A DNA stretch of 17,097 nt from the UHGV virus genome UHGV-1592266; one strand, given 5' to 3'. The stretch comes from a virus. This document shows, one piece after another, positions 14,007 to 17,097 of the stretch (positions are counted from its first letter, which is position 1; each line of letters opens with the position of its first letter). Made by a program: the position numbers and the translations under genes. The notes under the pieces were generated by a model. The model was not told the DNA's origin and made no database searches. It worked only from the letters and a program-made list of their open reading frames with translations.

Positions 14007-14213
14007 ATGACAAATCAGCAGCAAATAGAGTTCATCCTTGAGCAGATTCGAAAAATGCGAGAAAAGAACCAGCCAGACATGATGGAAATATGGAGACGCC
14101 AGCAGGAAGAATACCGCAAGCATATTTTTGGTGAGAGAAAACAGGATGACTGGAGCCTATATGGCTATGGCACCAGGACAAATAAAAACGGATATAGCAT
14201 TTACACATATTGA
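14007..14213 (+). CDS. small protein, 68 aa, unknown
   Basis: ATG at 14007 follows AAGGAGTGAGC (the track start at 14001 is GTG). The N-terminal half is a charged helix and the tail is Tyr/Gly-rich. Confidence 0.55.
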   Translation: MTNQQQIEFILEQIRKMREKNQPDMMEIWRRQQEEYRKHIFGERKQDDWSLYGYGTRTNKNGYSIYTY

Positions 14214-14221
14214 GGAATTCC

Positions 14222-14632
14222 ATGAAACAGACAATTTTCCTCAGGAGTAAGCAACAACAGCAAGCCGCAATCACCGCCATCCTCGCAACACCACTCGATA
14301 AAGACAAGCCAGTTACCATCCGCATTACTGACTACAAGCGCAACCTTGACCAGAACGCAAAATTTCACGCGATGCTGGCGGATATCGCAAGTCAGGTTCA
14401 ATGGTGCGGCAAATGGTTAAAACCAGAACAATGGAAGGTTTTGTTGATAAGCGGTCATGCAGTGGCAACAAAGCAGGAAGCTGATGTTTTGCCCGGGCTT
14501 GAAGGCGAATACGTCAACATTCGCGAAAGTAGCGCGCAGATGAGCGTGAAGCGCATGGCAAGCCTGATTGAGTACACGACAGCATGGGCTATTGGTCAGG
14601 GTGTCAGATTTACCGACAGGAGGTACGAATGA
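14222..14632 (+). CDS. ninB: NinB (Orf-family recombination mediator)
   Basis: ATG at 14222 follows [53 protein letters not shown] parallels lambda NinB IVVTIQERNRSLDQNRKLWACLGDVSRQVEWHGRWLDAESWK. Confidence 0.85.
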   Translation: MKQTIFLRSKQQQQAAITAILATPLDKDKPVTIRITDYKRNLDQNAKFHAMLADIASQVQWCGKWLKPEQWKVLLISGHAVATKQEADVLPGLEGEYVNIRESSAQMSVKRMASLIEYTTAWAIGQGVRFTDRRYE

Positions 14633-14811
14633 GACGACAGCGACGAAGCATCACCGACATCATCTGCGAAAACTGCAAATACCTTCCAACGAAGCGCTCC
14701 AGAAATAAACGCAAGCCAATCCCAAAAGAATCTGACGTAAAAACCTTCAACTACACGGCTCACCTGTGGGATATCCGGTGGCTAAGAGAACGTGCGAGGA
14801 AAACAAGGTGA
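14629..14811 (+). CDS. ninE: NinE
   Basis: [60 protein letters not shown] is nearly identical to lambda NinE. ATGA overlap with ninB. Confidence 0.9.
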   Translation: MRRQRRSITDIICENCKYLPTKRSRNKRKPIPKESDVKTFNYTAHLWDIRWLRERARKTR

Positions 14812-14978
14812 TTGACCAAAATCGAAGTTACGAACAAGGAAGTGTCGAGCGAGCTTTAACGTGCGCTAACTGCGGTCAGAAGCTGCATGTGCTGGAAGTT
14901 CACGTGTGTGAGCACTGCTGTGCAGAACTGATGAGCGATCCGAATAGCTCAATGTACGAGGAAGAAGACGATGAATGA
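14808..14978 (+). CDS. ninF: NinF
   Basis: GTG start in a GTGA overlap. (V)[55 protein letters not shown] matches lambda NinF. Confidence 0.85.
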   Translation: MIDQNRSYEQGSVERALTCANCGQKLHVLEVHVCEHCCAELMSDPNSSMYEEEDDE

Positions 14979-15693
14979 GTTAATAAATGGCAATGCCATC
15001 AAAATGACAAGCATTGAAATCGCTGAGTTGGTGGGTAAGCGTCATGACAATGTGAAACGTACCATCGAAACACTGGCTAAAAATGGTGTTATCCGGCTTC
15101 CTCAAATTGAGGTTTCCGAAAGAATCAATAACTTAGGGTTCAATGTTCAGTACGAGCATTACGTCTTCGAAGGCGAACAAGGTAAGCGAGATAGTATTGT
15201 TGTTGTTGCCCAGTTGTCGCCAGAGTTCACCGCTCGCCTTGTTGACCGCTGGCGAGATCTTGAAGACGCTGCGGTTAATATCCCCAAAACGCTACCAGAA
15301 GCGTTGCGCCTTGCTGCTGACCTTGCTGAGCAGAAAATGCAACTGGAAAACCAGCTCGCAATTGCCGCACCTAAAGTTGAGTTTGCCGATCGAGTTGGCG
15401 AAGCCAGCGGAATTTTGATTGGAAACTTTGCAAAGGTTGTCGGTATTGGTCCAAACAAACTGTTTGCGTGGATGCGCGATCACAAAATCCTTATTGCTTC
15501 AGGTTCCCGGCGCAATGTGCCAATGCAGGAATATATGGATCGCGGCTATTTCACAGTGAAAGAAACAGCGGTCAATACAAATCACGGAATACAGATATCG
15601 TTCACCACAAAAATCACCGGGCGTGGTCAACAGTGGCTGACCAGAAAGCTGCTCGATAACGGAATGCTGAAAGTAACAGGGGAGGCTGCTTAA
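14971..15693 (+). CDS. Rha-family regulatory domain plus KilAC/ANT C-terminal domain protein (antirepressor-like)
   Basis: The N-terminus MTSIEIAELVGKRHDNVKRTIETL fits the Rha pattern. The C-terminus LPEALRLAADLAEQ...APKVEFADRV...IGNFAKVVGIGPNKLFAWMRDHKIL...GYF fits the KilAC pattern. Confidence 0.8.
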   Translation: MNELINGNAIKMTSIEIAELVGKRHDNVKRTIETLAKNGVIRLPQIEVSERINNLGFNVQYEHYVFEGEQGKRDSIVVVAQLSPEFTARLVDRWRDLEDAAVNIPKTLPEALRLAADLAEQKMQLENQLAIAAPKVEFADRVGEASGILIGNFAKVVGIGPNKLFAWMRDHKILIASGSRRNVPMQEYMDRGYFTVKETAVNTNHGIQISFTTKITGRGQQWLTRKLLDNGMLKVTGEAA

Positions 15694-15983
15694 TGGCCAA
15701 TCTACGCAAAGAAGCACGCGGCAGAGAATGTCAGGTACGTATTTACGGCGTATGCAATGGCAATCCTGAAACTACAGTTCTGGCGCATTACCGGATGGCT
15801 GGAATTTGCGGAACGGGAATGAAGCCTGACGACCTGATCGGCGCATGGGCTTGTAGTGACTGCCACGCGGAGATCGACCGACGCACAATGATTCTCGACA
15901 ACAAAGACGCCAGACTTTACCACCTCGAAGGCGTGATCAGGACGCAGGCGATACTGCTGAAGGAGGGGAAGATTAAGCCATGA
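15693..15983 (+). CDS. ybcO: YbcO-like (DUF1364) putative nuclease
   Basis: MANLRKEARGRECQVRIYGVCNGNPETTVLAHYR...CSDCHAEIDRR closely parallels DLP12 YbcO from memory. Confidence 0.75.
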   Translation: MANLRKEARGRECQVRIYGVCNGNPETTVLAHYRMAGICGTGMKPDDLIGAWACSDCHAEIDRRTMILDNKDARLYHLEGVIRTQAILLKEGKIKP

Positions 15984-16342
15984 ACGAATATCAGTTTGTG
16001 CTTCCATACCCGCCGTCGGTGAACACCTACTGGCGAAGACGGGGAAGCCAATACTACATCAGCGATAAAGGCCAGAAATACCGAAAAGACGTTCAGCAAA
16101 TCATCCGCCAACTCAAGTTAGACATTTTCACCAAATCACGACTCCGCATCAAAGTAATCGCAGACGTTCCAGACTCCCGCCGCCGCGACCTCGATAACAT
16201 CCTGAAAGGTTTACTCGATTCCCTTATCCACGCAGGATTTGCGGAAGACGACGAGCAATTCGATGACATTCGCGTAATTCGTGGCGTGAAAGTACCAGGC
16301 GGACGGCTTGGAATAAAAATCACCGAACTGGAGAACGTATGA
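15980..16342 (+). CDS. rusA: RusA Holliday-junction resolvase
   Basis: LPYPPSVNTYW, the catalytic region DSRRRDLDNILKGLLDSL and GGRLGIKITE parallel E. coli RusA. Confidence 0.9.
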   Translation: MNEYQFVLPYPPSVNTYWRRRGSQYYISDKGQKYRKDVQQIIRQLKLDIFTKSRLRIKVIADVPDSRRRDLDNILKGLLDSLIHAGFAEDDEQFDDIRVIRGVKVPGGRLGIKITELENV

Positions 16343-16527
16343 ACGCCACAATTCAAACGATACCAGAGCTTCTTATCCAGACACGAGGCAATCAGACCGA
16401 AGTGGCGAGGATGCTTTCCTGCGCAAGAGGAACAGTGCTCAAGTACAACCGAGACAGCAAAGGCGAGCGTCACGTAATAGTTAACGGCGTCCTGATGGTC
16501 AAACAGGGCAAGAGGGGAAGACGATGA
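16339..16527 (+). CDS. ninH: NinH
   Basis: IQTIPELLIQTRGNQTEVARMLSCARGTVLKYNRDSKGERHVIVNGVLMV parallels lambda NinH VKTIPDMLVEAYGNQTEVARRLKCSRGTVRKYVDDKDGKMHAIVNDVLMV. Confidence 0.85.
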   Translation: MNATIQTIPELLIQTRGNQTEVARMLSCARGTVLKYNRDSKGERHVIVNGVLMVKQGKRGRR

Positions 16528-17012
16528 GCATAAGAGAAATAAACCTCACCAAAGAACAGCACGATTGGCTGAATGGCTGGCTTGAACTGTGGGGCGCATG
16601 GGTTTATTCAGGTCGTCTGGAAAAGCGCATGAGCAGCGTAATAGCGAAGTTCATGGAGAGCGTAGAGCCGGGAAGAGTTATGACAAGGCCAATGTGTAAT
16701 GATGATGATGGAATGTTGATTTCTCAGGTCGTCGATTCCGTCATGTGCATTGACAAGAAAGCCTTTGGCATCCTCCTCAGCTACTACGCTCATGGATCTT
16801 CCAAGCATGCCATTGCATCTTACTATCATCGTGTCGCAAGACCTCGCAAGATGTTATGCCGGGGCGGCGGGCGTATTCAAAAACCATCGCTCGCAACCTG
16901 TCGCCGGGAAGTTGACGAAATCCTCAATGCTTCGTTGTTTATGATTTACCCAGTTCTGGATAGTGCGTTTAAAAACCGGAAACGTGTAGAGAAAATTAAA
17001 CATGTAGCATAG
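16524..17012 (+). CDS. Q: late-gene antiterminator Q, non-lambda type (similar to the DLP12 QuuD sequence as I remember it)
   Basis: LELWGAWVYSG and RPMCNDDDGMLISQVV correspond to the LERWGAW and RPQCCDDDAMII motifs of that Q family. It is the last gene before a promoter-like site, in the position expected for Q. Confidence 0.8.
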   Translation: MSIREINLTKEQHDWLNGWLELWGAWVYSGRLEKRMSSVIAKFMESVEPGRVMTRPMCNDDDGMLISQVVDSVMCIDKKAFGILLSYYAHGSSKHAIASYYHRVARPRKMLCRGGGRIQKPSLATCRREVDEILNASLFMIYPVLDSAFKNRKRVEKIKHVA

Positions 17013-17018
17013 AACGTG

Positions 17019-17047
17019 TTGACATCATTGAGCAAATGAGCAACACT
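17019..17047 (+). promoter_or_regulatory. candidate late promoter pR'
   Basis: A perfect TTGACA at 17019-17024 lies 7 nt after the Q stop. The best -10 at 17-nt spacing is the weak AACACT (17042-17047). No experimental anchor. Confidence 0.4.
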
Positions 17048-17056
17048 ATTCGCATA

Positions 17057-17097
17057 AGCTGCCGTTAGTGACTCTTAAGTTGCAACGGTGGCTTTTT
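17057..17097 (+). terminator. hairpin plus T-run at the window edge (candidate early terminator of the pR' transcript, or end of the Q transcript)
   Basis: AGCTGCCGTT (17057-17066) pairs with AACGGTGGCT (17084-17093) over 10 bp including two G-U pairs. The loop is 17 nt and TTTT follows (17094-17097, truncated by the window end). Confidence 0.35.

Noticed and set aside
15702-16473. Minus-strand ORFs of 101, 64 and 126 aa, antisense to the ybcO-like gene, rusA and ninH
   Set aside because: They are embedded antisense to three genes with clear family matches in a tightly ATGA-coupled operon. They have no SDs and no recognisable motifs.

Overview
This window is the early-gene half (about 17 kb) of a mosaic lambdoid temperate phage or prophage from an enterobacterium.

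**Immunity region (8.87-10.34 kb).** It is phage-434 type: cI, cro, three oR and three oL operators of the ACAA-N6-TTGT type, and a hex-locus ORF.

**Leftward pL operon (minus strand).** In order:
- lambda-type nutL and N
- a ~1.9 kb AT-rich accessory block of six unknown ORFs, with two intrinsic terminators inside it (both in a directly repeated ~45-bp linker) and a third at its downstream edge
- a 322-aa protein with a long E/A/K/R helix
- cIII, kil, P22-type erf, a short SSB and an Abc2-like ORF
- an ea region holding three full-length Ea22-like paralogues (five members counting two short relatives in the accessory block); one carries an in-frame HNH-AP2 nuclease module
- a DUF551-like ORF cut by the window edge

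**Rightward pR operon (plus strand).** In order:
- cro, nutR and cII, with pRE and an oop-like antisense terminator
- an inserted T5orf172/GIY-YIG-like gene
- an O-type initiator with four iterons and an AT-rich ori, then a DnaC-like loader
- four small unknown ORFs around a lambda tR2-like terminator
- ninB, ninE, ninF, a Rha/KilAC protein, a YbcO-like protein, RusA, NinH
- a non-lambda-type Q and the start of the late pR' region

I saw no integrase, att site, tRNA, IS element or CRISPR array.

**Most plausible places for new biology:**
- the N-proximal accessory block (6.3-8.2 kb)
- the T5orf172 gene at the cII/O junction
- the enlarged structured N leader
- the Ea22::HNH-AP2 chimera

All family assignments come from reading the translations and from memory of reference phage sequences. 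No searches were run.
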